Origin: Minisyncoccia bacterium
GTDB lineage: Bacteria > Patescibacteriota > Minisyncoccia > UBA6257 > JAAZHW01
Assembly: GCA_049720475.1 (NCBI GenBank)
Contig: JBNASH010000033.1
Span: 3,784-67,783, forward strand
Direction of reading: 5' to 3'
DNA length: 64,000 bases
The position numbers were made by a program, and so were the translations under genes. Below are positions 39,043-48,663 of the stretch, piece by piece; within the stretch, counting starts at the first letter, position 1, and every line of letters begins with the position of its first letter. The notes below the pieces were generated by a model. It had not been told where the DNA came from, did not search any database, and saw nothing but the letters and a program-made list of their open reading frames with translations.

Positions 39043-39594
39043 TTATTTTTGATTTTCTAATTCTTTGCTTTGTTCTGCCTGCTTTTTTAAATAATCTCCC
39101 ACCAATTTAGCTTCAGTTTTTCTAAAAGCAGTTTCCGCTCCTGCTTCCATCATTTCTTCATTTTTAGCTTCCGAACTGCTAAAACCAATTATTTTTATTC
39201 CATTCGCTAATTTTTTTATTTGATTAACAACAAGAGGGCCGCTATTCAATTCTTCATCATCTAAATCCAAATAACCGTCAACTAAAATTGTACCTGGCAA
39301 TTTTTCTTTATTTTCTATTCTTCTTTTTAACTCCTCAATAGCATCTTTAGCCTTATCAAAATGATTAAATTGATAATCAGATCCTTTACTTTCAAATTCC
39401 CACAATCTTAAACAAGCATCAACAATATTTTTATCATCATCAATAATCCAAATTTCTTTCTGGTTTAAATCCAGCAATTCTCTTTTTTCTATTTTTTCAT
39501 TAATGTTTTGGGGTGGTTGATCGCTTTTGGAAGATGATTGGTCTGTTTTTTTAAATTTGTCTATTTTATCAATAAAGCCAAACATATTATTCAT
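39043..39594 (-). CDS. Atypical receiver (CheY-like) domain protein with an N-terminal extension.
   Basis: IWIIDDD ... ILVDGYL ... IKIIGFSSS fit the acidic pocket, phospho-acceptor Asp and conserved Ser positions. Confidence 0.4.
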   Translation of the reverse strand: MNNMFGFIDKIDKFKKTDQSSSKSDQPPQNINEKIEKRELLDLNQKEIWIIDDDKNIVDACLRLWEFESKGSDYQFNHFDKAKDAIEELKRRIENKEKLPGTILVDGYLDLDDEELNSGPLVVNQIKKLANGIKIIGFSSSEAKNEEMMEAGAETAFRKTEAKLVGDYLKKQAEQSKELENQK

Positions 39595-39639
39595 TATATC
39601 TTATAATCTAAAAATCTGCAATTGAGCGGTGTGTATTTG

Positions 39640-39770
39640 AAAAAATCCGAACTGATTTTGTGACTGATTGGCTCGGCGGGCGGAATTCCCTCCGAATATC
39701 CCTCTTCCGCCTACCTCGCACTGAAGCGGAAGCGAAAAGGACGATCTCAAATTTTTATTTAGCAGCAAAT
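39640..39770 (-). ncRNA. GC-rich structured intergenic element with mutually exclusive stems. It is a candidate cis-regulatory leader or small RNA.
   Basis: GGCGGAA pairs with TTCCGCC. The overlapping CTTCCGC can instead pair with a downstream GCGGAAG. GC content is locally elevated relative to flanking DNA. Confidence 0.2.
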
Positions 39771-40123
39771 TCTTTGGTTATTCTTTTAAATATTTCTTCC
39801 AAGAATGTTTAAAATCTGCTTCTAAATCTATGTTTTGTTTTGGAATTTGAATAACTACTACAAACAAAATTATCGTCAAACTTAAATAATAAATATTTAA
39901 GTTTTCTGACCAAAATTTCCCAATCGCCCAAAAAGAAACCCATATAAACACACTCCAAATAACCGGCGCGATTAAAAATGTAGAAATCGGGATCTGATTT
40001 TTTAGTTTTCATTCGCGCTTTAATTTTTTCGCTCTGGACAAAGCTAAAAAAAGAAGGTAAATAATTTGGCTAAAAGCAAACATCCTAAAAAATAAACCAA
40101 ATATGAAAATTGCAATTCCCATA

Positions 40124-40834
40124 TTAGTAGTTTAAATTATTTTTAATAATAACCTCATTTGGCAATTCGGTTTGACCTGCCATAGAGCGACAATCTACTG
40201 CTGAATGGCCTTTTAATAAATCAGTGATTGAATTATCTAATTTTTCTTTCTTATCCTTGTTTCGTAATTTGTGCACTACATATTCGTATAAAATCCCGAC
40301 CGTAAGCGGAAGCAAAATAATATCGGGTCCGGCAGACATATGAAAGATATGACCCAAGCCATTGCCACCGGAACGCTCAAAAACTAAAAAACTATATTTT
40401 GCCAACGAATAACGCGGTTCTTCATCTTCTGAAAAAGTTAGGGGTGGCATTGGCAAAAATCTATTATAGATTTTGAATAATCCAAGCGTTGCATCTTTTT
40501 CCATTTGATCTAAGGTTTGAAAAATGATCTCATACAACTTTGGTGTAATCTCATTAGATTTTGATTTTTCGATTTCGTTTAAAAGAAATTTCCTAACAAC
40601 CTCTATCTGTCTATCATCACAGATGAAAAAGTATCGGGCTAAAAATAAGATATAACCGGCGATCAATAAGTCATCAGGTAAAAATTGCTCTTTGTATTTT
40701 GTTTCAATTTTTACAAACGAGGGGCCATAATTAAAATGCCACTCTAAAACATTGTCCTTTCGTTGAGTAAATAAATTTGTCAACCACCTAATTGGGGCGA
40801 AAATAATTGAAAATATAAAACGGAATATTGCCAT
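40124..40834 (-). CDS. Hypothetical protein.
   Basis: 236 aa, last gene of a tightly packed three-gene operon. No family was recognised. Confidence 0.45.
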   Translation of the reverse strand: MAIFRFIFSIIFAPIRWLTNLFTQRKDNVLEWHFNYGPSFVKIETKYKEQFLPDDLLIAGYILFLARYFFICDDRQIEVVRKFLLNEIEKSKSNEITPKLYEIIFQTLDQMEKDATLGLFKIYNRFLPMPPLTFSEDEEPRYSLAKYSFLVFERSGGNGLGHIFHMSAGPDIILLPLTVGILYEYVVHKLRNKDKKEKLDNSITDLLKGHSAVDCRSMAGQTELPNEVIIKNNLNY

Positions 40835-40835
40835 A

Positions 40836-41198
40836 TTATTCTTTGTTCGTTGTTAATCTATTACCACTGAAAGCACCAAAAACGACAGGAATATATAACA
40901 GCGTCATGAAATAAGCAAAATTTGCGGCTCTTTGTTCGGTGGTTGGCTCAAAACCATCATCAGCATATTGTTCGCAACCGCCATATACTGGATCAGATTG
41001 TTCTATGCAAGAGGGATTTCCCAAAGTGAAACTCGCGAATAAAGCAATCCCAGCACACCACAAAAGTCCTTTCCATAAAACTTTTTTAAGTTTTCCGTTT
41101 TTTGAGTTGTCGCGTGCTGTCTTCCAAGCAAACAACGCAACACCTGCGATTAACAGGTAGCCAAGTGCTCTAAAAATTTCATGAAAAATCAATTCCAT
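40836..41198 (-). CDS. Small membrane protein (3 TM).
   Basis: 120 aa and hydrophobic. It is 2 nt from each neighbouring gene. Confidence 0.45.
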   Translation of the reverse strand: MELIFHEIFRALGYLLIAGVALFAWKTARDNSKNGKLKKVLWKGLLWCAGIALFASFTLGNPSCIEQSDPVYGGCEQYADDGFEPTTEQRAANFAYFMTLLYIPVVFGAFSGNRLTTNKE

Positions 41199-41199
41199 A

Positions 41200-41397
41200 T
41201 TATTTCAATAAATCCTCAACCGAAACGCCTAATGCTTTGGCAATTTTGGCCATAACTTGGACGCTCGGTTTTTTAACAAAATCGCCCTCTATTTTGGTAA
41301 GGGTAGTGTGTTTTACGCCAGACTTTTTCACCAAATCGTCCTGCGTTAAATCAAGTTTGTTGCGGTATTTTTTGATATTTTCACCTATTGTTGCCAT
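41200..41397 (-). CDS. XRE-family helix-turn-helix transcriptional regulator.
   Basis: LTQDDLVKKSGVKHTTLTKIE is a Cro/C1-type HTH. The protein is 65 aa. Confidence 0.75.
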   Translation of the reverse strand: MATIGENIKKYRNKLDLTQDDLVKKSGVKHTTLTKIEGDFVKKPSVQVMAKIAKALGVSVEDLLK

Positions 41398-41544
41398 AGT
41401 TTCAAAACTTTGATATCATTAAACCATAAAAGGTGATTTCAAATATATAATATTAAAAAATTTCAATTCAGTAAAGAAAGCCCGCTTCTGGCGTCCTCGC
41501 TTTGCGGGACAAAGACAAAAAATTCAATTTTACGTTTAAAATCG

Positions 41545-41590
41545 GCTGGCGAGCCCTTGCAGAGGGCGAGCCAGCAACCTTTTTTTTGAT
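41545..41590. terminator. Hairpin with flanking T/A runs downstream of tRNA-Ser.
   Basis: GGCTGGCGAGCCCttgcagaGGGCGAGCCAGC followed by aaccTTTTTTTT. Confidence 0.35.
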
Positions 41591-41682
41591 TGGCGGTGGG
41601 GGCGAGACTCGAACTCGCATGTCCGCTCATCACGGACCCCGCTTTTCGAGAGCGGTGCCTTACCAATTCGGCGCACCCCACC
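41591..41682 (-). tRNA. tRNA-Ser (anticodon CGA), type II with a long variable arm and an encoded CCA.
   Basis: GGTGGGGTGCGCCGAATTGGTAAGGCACCGCTCTCGAAAAGCGGGGTCCGTGATGAGCGGACATGCGAGTTCGAGTCTCGCCCCCACCGCCA. Confidence 0.85.
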
Positions 41683-41699
41683 AATTTTTAAATTTCTTT

Positions 41700-43139
41700 T
41701 TATTCTAATTCGAAGGTTTGGCCGCAATCCGGTATCTCAGTAACAACACCAAAATTATCTTTTACTTTTTGAGCCAATTCTTTGGATGCTTCCTCTTCGC
41801 CATGTACAACAAATAATTTTTTAAGTCGGAATCTTAATTCTTTTATCCAATCCAAAAGCATTCTTTGATCAGCATGGGCTGAATACCCCGTAATTTGCAT
41901 TACCTTACAATTAACATTAATCAATTCATTATGAATTTCAACTTGTTTTGCTCCTTCTAAAATTTTCCTTCCTAAGGAATTTTTTGCCTGGTAAGAAACA
42001 ATTAATAAAATGCTGTGGGGGTCAGAAAGATATCTTTTTTCATGATGCAAAATTCGGCCGCCTTCCGACGATCCAGAACCAGCCAAAATCACTTTGGGTG
42101 GCGGCACAGCATTAATTGCTTTTGATTCTTCTGTTGTTAAAGTAAAAGTTAGACCCGGAAACTCAAATAATCCGCGGCCATTGCCCACAAATTTAAAAGC
42201 CTCAATTTTGATATATTCGAGATATTTTTGATAAACAGCAGTTAATTTCCCGGCTAAAGGACTATCCATAAAAATCGGTACCAAAGGAACGCGATGGTGA
42301 ACAACTAACTCATTTAACTCCACTAAAATTTCTTGTGTTCTTTCTAACGCTAAAACAGGAATCATCAACACTCCTCTATTTCGTATCACTTCTTCAATAG
42401 CATCTTCTAATAAATCTTTTCTAATCTCAGCATCTTCGTGAATTTTATTGCCATAAGTTGATTCGACTATGCAGTAATCTGCTTCCTCGCTAATAACATC
42501 AGTATCAGGCAATAAAATATTAAATGAATTTCCTAAATCTCCAGAAAATAAAATTTTTACTTCCTTTTCGGGTTTTTTTATTTTTAATAAAACAATTGCT
42601 GACCCCAAAATATGACCGGCATTATAAAAAATAAAAGAAATGCGTGGCGAAATTTTAACCTCTTGATAGTATTTTTGAGGACTAAACAGTTTTAAAGTTT
42701 CTTGCATATCATTCTCGTCATACAACAAAGGCAATCCTTGTTTTTCTGCTGCTTCTTTCATTAAATTAAAAGCATCTTCCCACAAAATAGAACAACAATC
42801 TATTGTTGGCGGCGTAGCATAAATTTTTCCTCGAAAACCATTTTTATACAACAAAGGAGCTAAACCGCTATGATCAATATGGGCATGAGTTAAGATAACG
42901 GCCTTTAATTCTTTTGGGTCAAAAGGTAATGGTTCATAATTTCTTTCGTTTCTTATATCGCGATAAATTCCGCAGTCAATTAAAACTTTTTCATTTTTAT
43001 ATTCAACTAAAAAGCGGCTTCCTTCTACTTCTTTCGCAGCGCCATAAAAAGAAATTTTAATTTTGTTATTGGTTTTTTTGCGATTAATTTGGCTATTTTT
43101 AGAATTTTTCTTTGGTTGTTTATTAATCTTCTTTGGCAC
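41700..43139 (-). CDS. Metallo-beta-lactamase / beta-CASP family nuclease (RNase J-like or Artemis/SNM1-like) with a Lys-rich N-terminal tail.
   Basis: HAHIDHSG motif 2, with a beta-CASP arrangement after the MBL core. Confidence 0.65.
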   Translation of the reverse strand: MPKKINKQPKKNSKNSQINRKKTNNKIKISFYGAAKEVEGSRFLVEYKNEKVLIDCGIYRDIRNERNYEPLPFDPKELKAVILTHAHIDHSGLAPLLYKNGFRGKIYATPPTIDCCSILWEDAFNLMKEAAEKQGLPLLYDENDMQETLKLFSPQKYYQEVKISPRISFIFYNAGHILGSAIVLLKIKKPEKEVKILFSGDLGNSFNILLPDTDVISEEADYCIVESTYGNKIHEDAEIRKDLLEDAIEEVIRNRGVLMIPVLALERTQEILVELNELVVHHRVPLVPIFMDSPLAGKLTAVYQKYLEYIKIEAFKFVGNGRGLFEFPGLTFTLTTEESKAINAVPPPKVILAGSGSSEGGRILHHEKRYLSDPHSILLIVSYQAKNSLGRKILEGAKQVEIHNELINVNCKVMQITGYSAHADQRMLLDWIKELRFRLKKLFVVHGEEEASKELAQKVKDNFGVVTEIPDCGQTFELE

Positions 43140-43620
43140 TTTTTTGACGATTTGTTATTAATTCGACAGCTTGAAGAAAAATTTTACGAGTATTAGCAAA
43201 AGTTATAGTTTTTGATGCTTCGTTTGTTGTCATCCATTTTGCTTCCGTGTGTTCGGGCGATAATCGAATGTCGCTTTCTTTAGTCTCGCCTAATAAAAAA
43301 ATGACTTTTTTATAAATCCACTCTTTCTTGCCCGTGTATTTTTGATTATTAAACCAGTAGGTAATTGATTTTTGAAAATTCGGATAAATTTGAAAATTTT
43401 TGATGCCCGTTTCTTCAAAAACTTCCCTTCTTATAGTTTCCTCTATTTTTTCATTTTTTTCAATATGTCCTTTCACAAAATCCCAGTGGCCAGCCGGATA
43501 ATGAAGGAGGAGCCAAAAAATTTTTTCGTTTTCTTTTCGAAAAAGAAAAATGCCAACAGAAATTTCAAATTTTACTTTTTTCTTTTTGCGGTTTTGAGTA
43601 ATTTTAACATTTCTGGCCAT
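43123..43620 (-). CDS. NUDIX hydrolase.
   Basis: The Nudix box GHWDFVKGHIEKNEKIEETIRREVFEETGI. Confidence 0.8.
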   Translation of the reverse strand: MARNVKITQNRKKKKVKFEISVGIFLFRKENEKIFWLLLHYPAGHWDFVKGHIEKNEKIEETIRREVFEETGIKNFQIYPNFQKSITYWFNNQKYTGKKEWIYKKVIFLLGETKESDIRLSPEHTEAKWMTTNEASKTITFANTRKIFLQAVELITNRQKSAKED

Positions 43621-45326
43621 GGTCTTGTATTAATAACATCTTCTTTTGTTGCCCAACCGCGCCGCGCTTGAGCAATACCAAATTTTAAATAATTCAGATG
43701 AGTAATCGAGTGGGCATCAGAATCAATAGAAAGTTTAACTCCAGCTTCAATAGCTTTTTTTATATGCTCATCTTTCAAATCCAATCTATCGGGAGAAGCA
43801 TTAATTTCCAAACACGTCCCGCTTTTCTTCGCTTCTTCAATAATTCTTTCAATATCAATTTCATAAGCCGGCCGTCTTAAAAGCACTCGACCAGTGGGAT
43901 GGAAAATTATATCAACATAGGGATTGCGGATGGCTTTGATTATTCTTTCAGTCATTTCTTTTTTATTCATATGAAAATGGGAATGAATGGCCGCTGCCAC
44001 TAAATCAAGTTTTTTCAAAACTGATTCATCAATATCCAAAGAGCCATCTTCTAAAATATTAACCTCAGCGCTTTTCAAAACTTTAAATTTGATCCCTTCT
44101 TTTTCTAATTTTTGATTAATACCATCAATCTCTTTCATTTGTTTCATCAATTTCTTTTCATCATTGCCACCGGTCATGGCTAAACTTTTAGTATGATCAG
44201 TAATAGCAATATACTCTAAACCAATTTTCATTGCCGCCTCAATATATTCTTCAATGGAATTGCTTCCATCAGTCCAGGTTGTTTGAATTTGGAGATCGCC
44301 TTTTAAATCATTGTAAGAAATTAATTTCGGCAATTGATGTTTTAAAGACAGCTCAATCTCTCCCCAGTCCTCTCGCATTTCTGGCTCAATATAATCCATT
44401 CCCAATTTGTGATAAATTTCTTCTTCATTTTTACCAGCAATTCTAATTTCTTTTCCTTTTTTTATTTCAAACAATCCGTACTCATTTAGTTTATAACCTT
44501 TTTTCATGGCAATTTCGCGTAAATGAATGCCGTGGGATTTAGAACCAGTAAAATAATTCAGGGCGGCACCAAAAGATTCTTCCGGCACAACCCGCAAATC
44601 AACATCCAAACCATTATTTAAGCGAATGGCTGACTTTGTTTCACCATGTGCCACCACCTCAAAAACATCATCAAGATTAACAAAATAATCCATCACCGGC
44701 TTCGGATTATCAGAAATAATTAAAATATCCAAATCGCCGATTGTTTCTTTCATTCGTCTGACTGAACCAGCAGCAATAATTTTTTTCACTTGTTTTAATT
44801 TGGCTAATTTTTCAATAATAGCTTCGATCTGCGGATAAATAAAACCCAAAATAAAACGATTGCCACCTTGTTTTAAAAATTCAATACTTTTTAAAATTTT
44901 TGCTTCGCTTTTTTCACCAAAACCTTCAATTTTTCTAATTTTTCCATCTCGCGCGGCCTTCTCTAAATCATTTATTGTTTTAATTTTTAATTTTTCATAA
45001 AGTTTTTTTAATGATTTAGGACCAACCCCTTCAACGCGCGTCAAATTATCCAAATCCAAAGGATATTTTTTGCGAAATTGTTCATAATATTTTAATTTGC
45101 CGGTTTTCAACAATTCTTCGATTTTTTCTGCAATTGAAACGCCAACACCAGGAATTTCCTCAATTCCCTTAATCCCTTTCTTTTTATAAATCTCTTTTAA
45201 TGGCGTATCTAAAGCCTCAATTGCCGAAGCAGCTTTTTCATAAGCGCGCGGTTTAAATGGTTCGCCTTCCATTTCCAAATAAAAAGAGAGATGGGATAAA
45301 ATTTTAGCAATCTCCCAATTTTGCAT
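43572..45326 (-). CDS. polX: DNA polymerase X family enzyme with a C-terminal PHP phosphoesterase domain.
   Basis: HhH motifs (EIPGVGVSIAEKI, VEGVGPKS), the nucleotidyltransferase motif GSVRRMKETIGDLDILI, and PHP His/Asp residues (ITDHT ... HSHFH ... DSDAH). Confidence 0.8.
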   Translation of the reverse strand: MQNWEIAKILSHLSFYLEMEGEPFKPRAYEKAASAIEALDTPLKEIYKKKGIKGIEEIPGVGVSIAEKIEELLKTGKLKYYEQFRKKYPLDLDNLTRVEGVGPKSLKKLYEKLKIKTINDLEKAARDGKIRKIEGFGEKSEAKILKSIEFLKQGGNRFILGFIYPQIEAIIEKLAKLKQVKKIIAAGSVRRMKETIGDLDILIISDNPKPVMDYFVNLDDVFEVVAHGETKSAIRLNNGLDVDLRVVPEESFGAALNYFTGSKSHGIHLREIAMKKGYKLNEYGLFEIKKGKEIRIAGKNEEEIYHKLGMDYIEPEMREDWGEIELSLKHQLPKLISYNDLKGDLQIQTTWTDGSNSIEEYIEAAMKIGLEYIAITDHTKSLAMTGGNDEKKLMKQMKEIDGINQKLEKEGIKFKVLKSAEVNILEDGSLDIDESVLKKLDLVAAAIHSHFHMNKKEMTERIIKAIRNPYVDIIFHPTGRVLLRRPAYEIDIERIIEEAKKSGTCLEINASPDRLDLKDEHIKKAIEAGVKLSIDSDAHSITHLNYLKFGIAQARRGWATKEDVINTRPWPEMLKLLKTAKRKK

Positions 45327-45353
45327 AATTTATTTTATTATAATCCTTTTGTT

Positions 45354-46388
45354 TTAAATAATAAACATGGCGTCACCAAAGCTGAAAAAACGATAATTAT
45401 TTTTGATAGCTTCCTTATAGGCCTTAAAAATCAAATCCTTTCCAGCAAAAGCAGAAACAAGCATTAATAAAGTTGATTTCGGTAAATGAAAATTGGTGAT
45501 TAAAGCATCAATAAATTTAAATTGATAACCGGGATAAATAAAAAGATCTACAAATTTCTGGCCGGCTTTTAAGTGATTCTTTTCGGCAAAACTTTCTAAA
45601 GTACGAGTAGTAGTTGTGCCAACAGCAATAATTCTTTGTCCTTTATCTTTGGCCTGATTTAAAAATTGGGCTGTTTTTTTATCTATCTCTGCCCATTCAG
45701 CCTCCATTTTATGTTTTTCGATTTCTTCCACTCTCACCGGTTGAAAAGTTCCCAATCCCACATGCAATGTCACATATTTAAAAATAACACCCTTCTTTTT
45801 TAATCTTTTAATCAAACGCGGAGTAAAATGAAAACCAGCCGTTGGCGCCGCCACTGATCCCAAACGTTTCGCATAACTCGTTTGATATTCCTTTAAATTT
45901 GAAAGGCGTTTAATATAAGGTGGGGTTGGTGCTTGTCCGACTTGATAAATTAATCGTTTTAATTTTTCACCTTGATAATTAAATTCAATAATTCTTTCAT
46001 AATTCAAAACTTCCTTCACTTCAGCCTTTAAACCATTTTTAAAAATAATCTCTTGCCCTCTATTTAATCCCGGCTTGCCAATCGCAATCCATTTTTTGCT
46101 CCATTGATAATTTTTTAAATTTTTGACCTGCGGACGAATTAACAAAATTTCAATTTTGCCTTTTGTGTCTGGTTTTTGCCCAATTAATCGCGCTGGCAGA
46201 ACTTTGGTGTTATTTAAAACCAAAACATCACCTCTTTTTAAAAACTTCTCTATTTCATAAAAATAATGATGGGAAATTTCACCAGTTTGGCGGTTGACAA
46301 TCATTAATTTCGAATGGTCACGAGGAGAAACTGGTTTTTGAGCAATATATTCTTTTGGTAAAAAATAATCAAATTCAGAAAGTTTCAT
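45354..46388 (-). CDS. queA: S-adenosylmethionine:tRNA ribosyltransferase-isomerase.
   Basis: MKLSEFDYFLPKEYIAQKPVSPRDHSKLM... with strong QueA-like blocks throughout. Confidence 0.9.
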   Translation of the reverse strand: MKLSEFDYFLPKEYIAQKPVSPRDHSKLMIVNRQTGEISHHYFYEIEKFLKRGDVLVLNNTKVLPARLIGQKPDTKGKIEILLIRPQVKNLKNYQWSKKWIAIGKPGLNRGQEIIFKNGLKAEVKEVLNYERIIEFNYQGEKLKRLIYQVGQAPTPPYIKRLSNLKEYQTSYAKRLGSVAAPTAGFHFTPRLIKRLKKKGVIFKYVTLHVGLGTFQPVRVEEIEKHKMEAEWAEIDKKTAQFLNQAKDKGQRIIAVGTTTTRTLESFAEKNHLKAGQKFVDLFIYPGYQFKFIDALITNFHLPKSTLLMLVSAFAGKDLIFKAYKEAIKNNYRFFSFGDAMFII

Positions 46389-46390
46389 AA

Positions 46391-47068
46391 TTAATAATGA
46401 TAATCCCTGATTTTAAACGGTGAAAAATTAGTTTGAAAATCAAAAGTATCAATTTTTTCTTTTTTCTTCAAAAAATTAGCTACCCAATAAGTAATCGGTG
46501 TAAACAAAACTTCAATTAAAACTTTGAAAATATAATTGGAGATTATAATGGCAAAAAGAAGAGAAGAGGGAATTTTCCCTAAAAAAGCAATTAGACAAAA
46601 AATTAAGGAATCTAAAAATTCAGCTACTAAAGTTGAACCAATAGTGCGCATCCATAAAAATCGGCCCTTAGTAAAAATTTTCATTTTGGCCAATATAAAA
46701 GAATTAACAAATTCGCCCACCCAATAAGCAATAATACTTGCCAAAACAATTCTCGGCACCCAGCCTAAAATGGCTTCATAAGCCTTTTGATTGTTCCATC
46801 CTTCGGCTGGCGGCAATTTCGAAACAATTATAAAAACAAAAGCCATCAAAATATTAGCTAAAAACCCTAACCAAATCACCCGACGCATTCTTTTATAGCC
46901 ATAAACTTCAGTAAAAACATCACCTAAAATATAAGCCAAAGGAAATAAAATAGTGCCTCCATCAAAAGTCAAAGGACCGAATTTTAAAATTTTGGCTGAA
47001 ACAACATTGGAAACCAAAAGAACAACAATAAATAATGCCAAAAGAAAATCAAAATATTTAAAAAACAT
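46391..47068 (-). CDS. yhhQ: Queuosine-precursor transporter (YhhQ/VUT family, DUF165).
   Basis: 225 aa with 6 TM segments and the YhhQ-like pattern ...LFPLAYILGDVFTEVYGYK... It is adjacent to queA. Confidence 0.65.
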   Translation of the reverse strand: MFFKYFDFLLALFIVVLLVSNVVSAKILKFGPLTFDGGTILFPLAYILGDVFTEVYGYKRMRRVIWLGFLANILMAFVFIIVSKLPPAEGWNNQKAYEAILGWVPRIVLASIIAYWVGEFVNSFILAKMKIFTKGRFLWMRTIGSTLVAEFLDSLIFCLIAFLGKIPSSLLFAIIISNYIFKVLIEVLFTPITYWVANFLKKKEKIDTFDFQTNFSPFKIRDYHY

Positions 47069-47069
47069 A

Positions 47070-48572
47070 TTATTGGAAAATTAATTTGTCTCCAACAGCA
47101 ATTTCTACATCAGAATCAATTAATATTCCGCATTCTTTGCCTTCTAAGACTTCTTTACTATCAATTTTGTTGCATTGTAAATTTAGAATTTTGCCGCGGC
47201 CAACAATTTCTTCTCCTCGCATTATTTTCACTTGCGCGCCCTTAACAATGCGGCCGTTAATAACTTTTCCACCAATTACTTGCTCGCTGCGTTTTTTGCT
47301 GAATAAAGCCAAAATTTCAACTTCTCCTTTAATCGGCGGCTCTTGCGGTTTAAACATCGTCTCTATTTCCTCTTTTAAGAATTTTTCCATTTCATAAATA
47401 ATATCAAAAGTATAAACGCGAATATTTTTAGCTTGAATAATTGTTTGCAAATCTTTTGGAATTTTAATACGGAAACCCAAAATTACTGCTGGCGCTGTTT
47501 CTGCCAAAGAAACATCCGAAACAAAAACATCACCAATTGATTCACTGATAATTTTAAGCGCTGTTCCTTCTGGTAAAGTTAAATTATTTAAAATTTTCTT
47601 CATTGCCTCAAGCGAACCAACAACATCGGCTTTTAAAATAAGATTGAGAGTATTCTCTTCGGTGGTTTTCTTTTGGATCTCAATTTGTTTTGTCTCTCTA
47701 ATTTTTTTCAATTCTTCTTCTGTTTTTTCGCCAACAAAAAATTCTTCGCCCACCTGAGGCATATCCTTAAAACCAACAATTAAAACGGGTGAGGAAAAAG
47801 TGGCTTCTTTAATTTGCTTGCCATTGCAATCCTCTAACAAACGCACTTTTCCTAAACTTGTTTCCGTATAAATTGGGTCGCCGATTTTTAAAACGCCATT
47901 CTTAATAACGGCACTCACTAAAATTCCGCGTTTATTATCAAATTTAGTTTCTAAAATGACACCATTTGCCGGCCCATCTTTTTCAGCCGTCAAATTTTCC
48001 ATATCAGCCACCAAAAGAATTAATTCCAATAATTCTTCAATATTTTTGCCTTCTTTGGCAGAGATATTAACGATCGGCACATTACCACCCCATCCCTCAA
48101 CAAAAACTCCCAATTCCGCTAATTGAGTCTTTACTCTGTCTGGATTGGCCTCGGCTCGATCAATTTTATTCAAGGCAACAATAAAGGGAATTTTAGCTTG
48201 TTGAATATGATTTAATGCCTCAATTGTTTGCGGCTTAACGCCTTCATCAGCCGCAATAATTAAAATTGCTACATCACCTACTTGCGCCCCTCGCGCTCTA
48301 ATAGCAGAAAAGGCTTCGTGTCCTGGTGTATCAATAAAAGTAATTTTTCGGCCATTGTATTCTGGATTTTTGCTCTGAACAGTAATTTCATAAGCGCCGA
48401 TATGCTGGGTAATTCCGCCTGCTTCTTTAGCTGCCACATTGCTTTTGCGAATGGTATCCAAAAGAGTGGTTTTCCCATGATCAATATGGCCCATTACTAC
48501 AACAATCGGTGGTCTGGAAACTTGATTATTTAATTGTTGCCCTTTTTTATCTGCCATAATTTTTATTTCCAA
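47070..48572 (-). CDS. infB: Translation initiation factor IF-2, short form lacking N-terminal domains.
   Basis: [15 protein letters not shown] ... DTPGHEAF ... NKID G-domain motifs followed by IF-2 C-terminal domains. Confidence 0.9.
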   Translation of the reverse strand: MEIKIMADKKGQQLNNQVSRPPIVVVMGHIDHGKTTLLDTIRKSNVAAKEAGGITQHIGAYEITVQSKNPEYNGRKITFIDTPGHEAFSAIRARGAQVGDVAILIIAADEGVKPQTIEALNHIQQAKIPFIVALNKIDRAEANPDRVKTQLAELGVFVEGWGGNVPIVNISAKEGKNIEELLELILLVADMENLTAEKDGPANGVILETKFDNKRGILVSAVIKNGVLKIGDPIYTETSLGKVRLLEDCNGKQIKEATFSSPVLIVGFKDMPQVGEEFFVGEKTEEELKKIRETKQIEIQKKTTEENTLNLILKADVVGSLEAMKKILNNLTLPEGTALKIISESIGDVFVSDVSLAETAPAVILGFRIKIPKDLQTIIQAKNIRVYTFDIIYEMEKFLKEEIETMFKPQEPPIKGEVEILALFSKKRSEQVIGGKVINGRIVKGAQVKIMRGEEIVGRGKILNLQCNKIDSKEVLEGKECGILIDSDVEIAVGDKLIFQ

Positions 48573-48633
48573 ACTATTTTTTGTGTTTTTATCTTATCAC
48601 AAAAAATTCTTTTCGTCCACTTTAAAAAACAAA

Positions 48634-48657
48634 AAGGGACTCAAATGAGTCCCTTTA
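48634..48657 (-). terminator. Rho-independent terminator for the lipoprotein gene.
   Basis: On the minus strand, AAAGGGACTCATTTGAGTCCCTTT is followed by TTGTTTTTT. Confidence 0.55.
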
Positions 48658-48663
48658 TAAAAA

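Noticed and set aside
39640-39770. SRP RNA, RNase P RNA or tmRNA as the identity of the GC-rich intergenic element.
   Set aside because: The conserved cores are missing: SRP domain IV GGAAGCAGCCAAGG-like, RNase P GGAAAGUCCGG/ACAGAAACCCGGCUUA, and the tmRNA tRNA-like end.
41463-41727. Three overlapping ORFs (41463..41684, 41502..41708, 41536..41727).
   Set aside because: They overlap tRNA-Ser(CGA) and its terminator hairpin. They are GC-rich because of tRNA sequence and are not coding.
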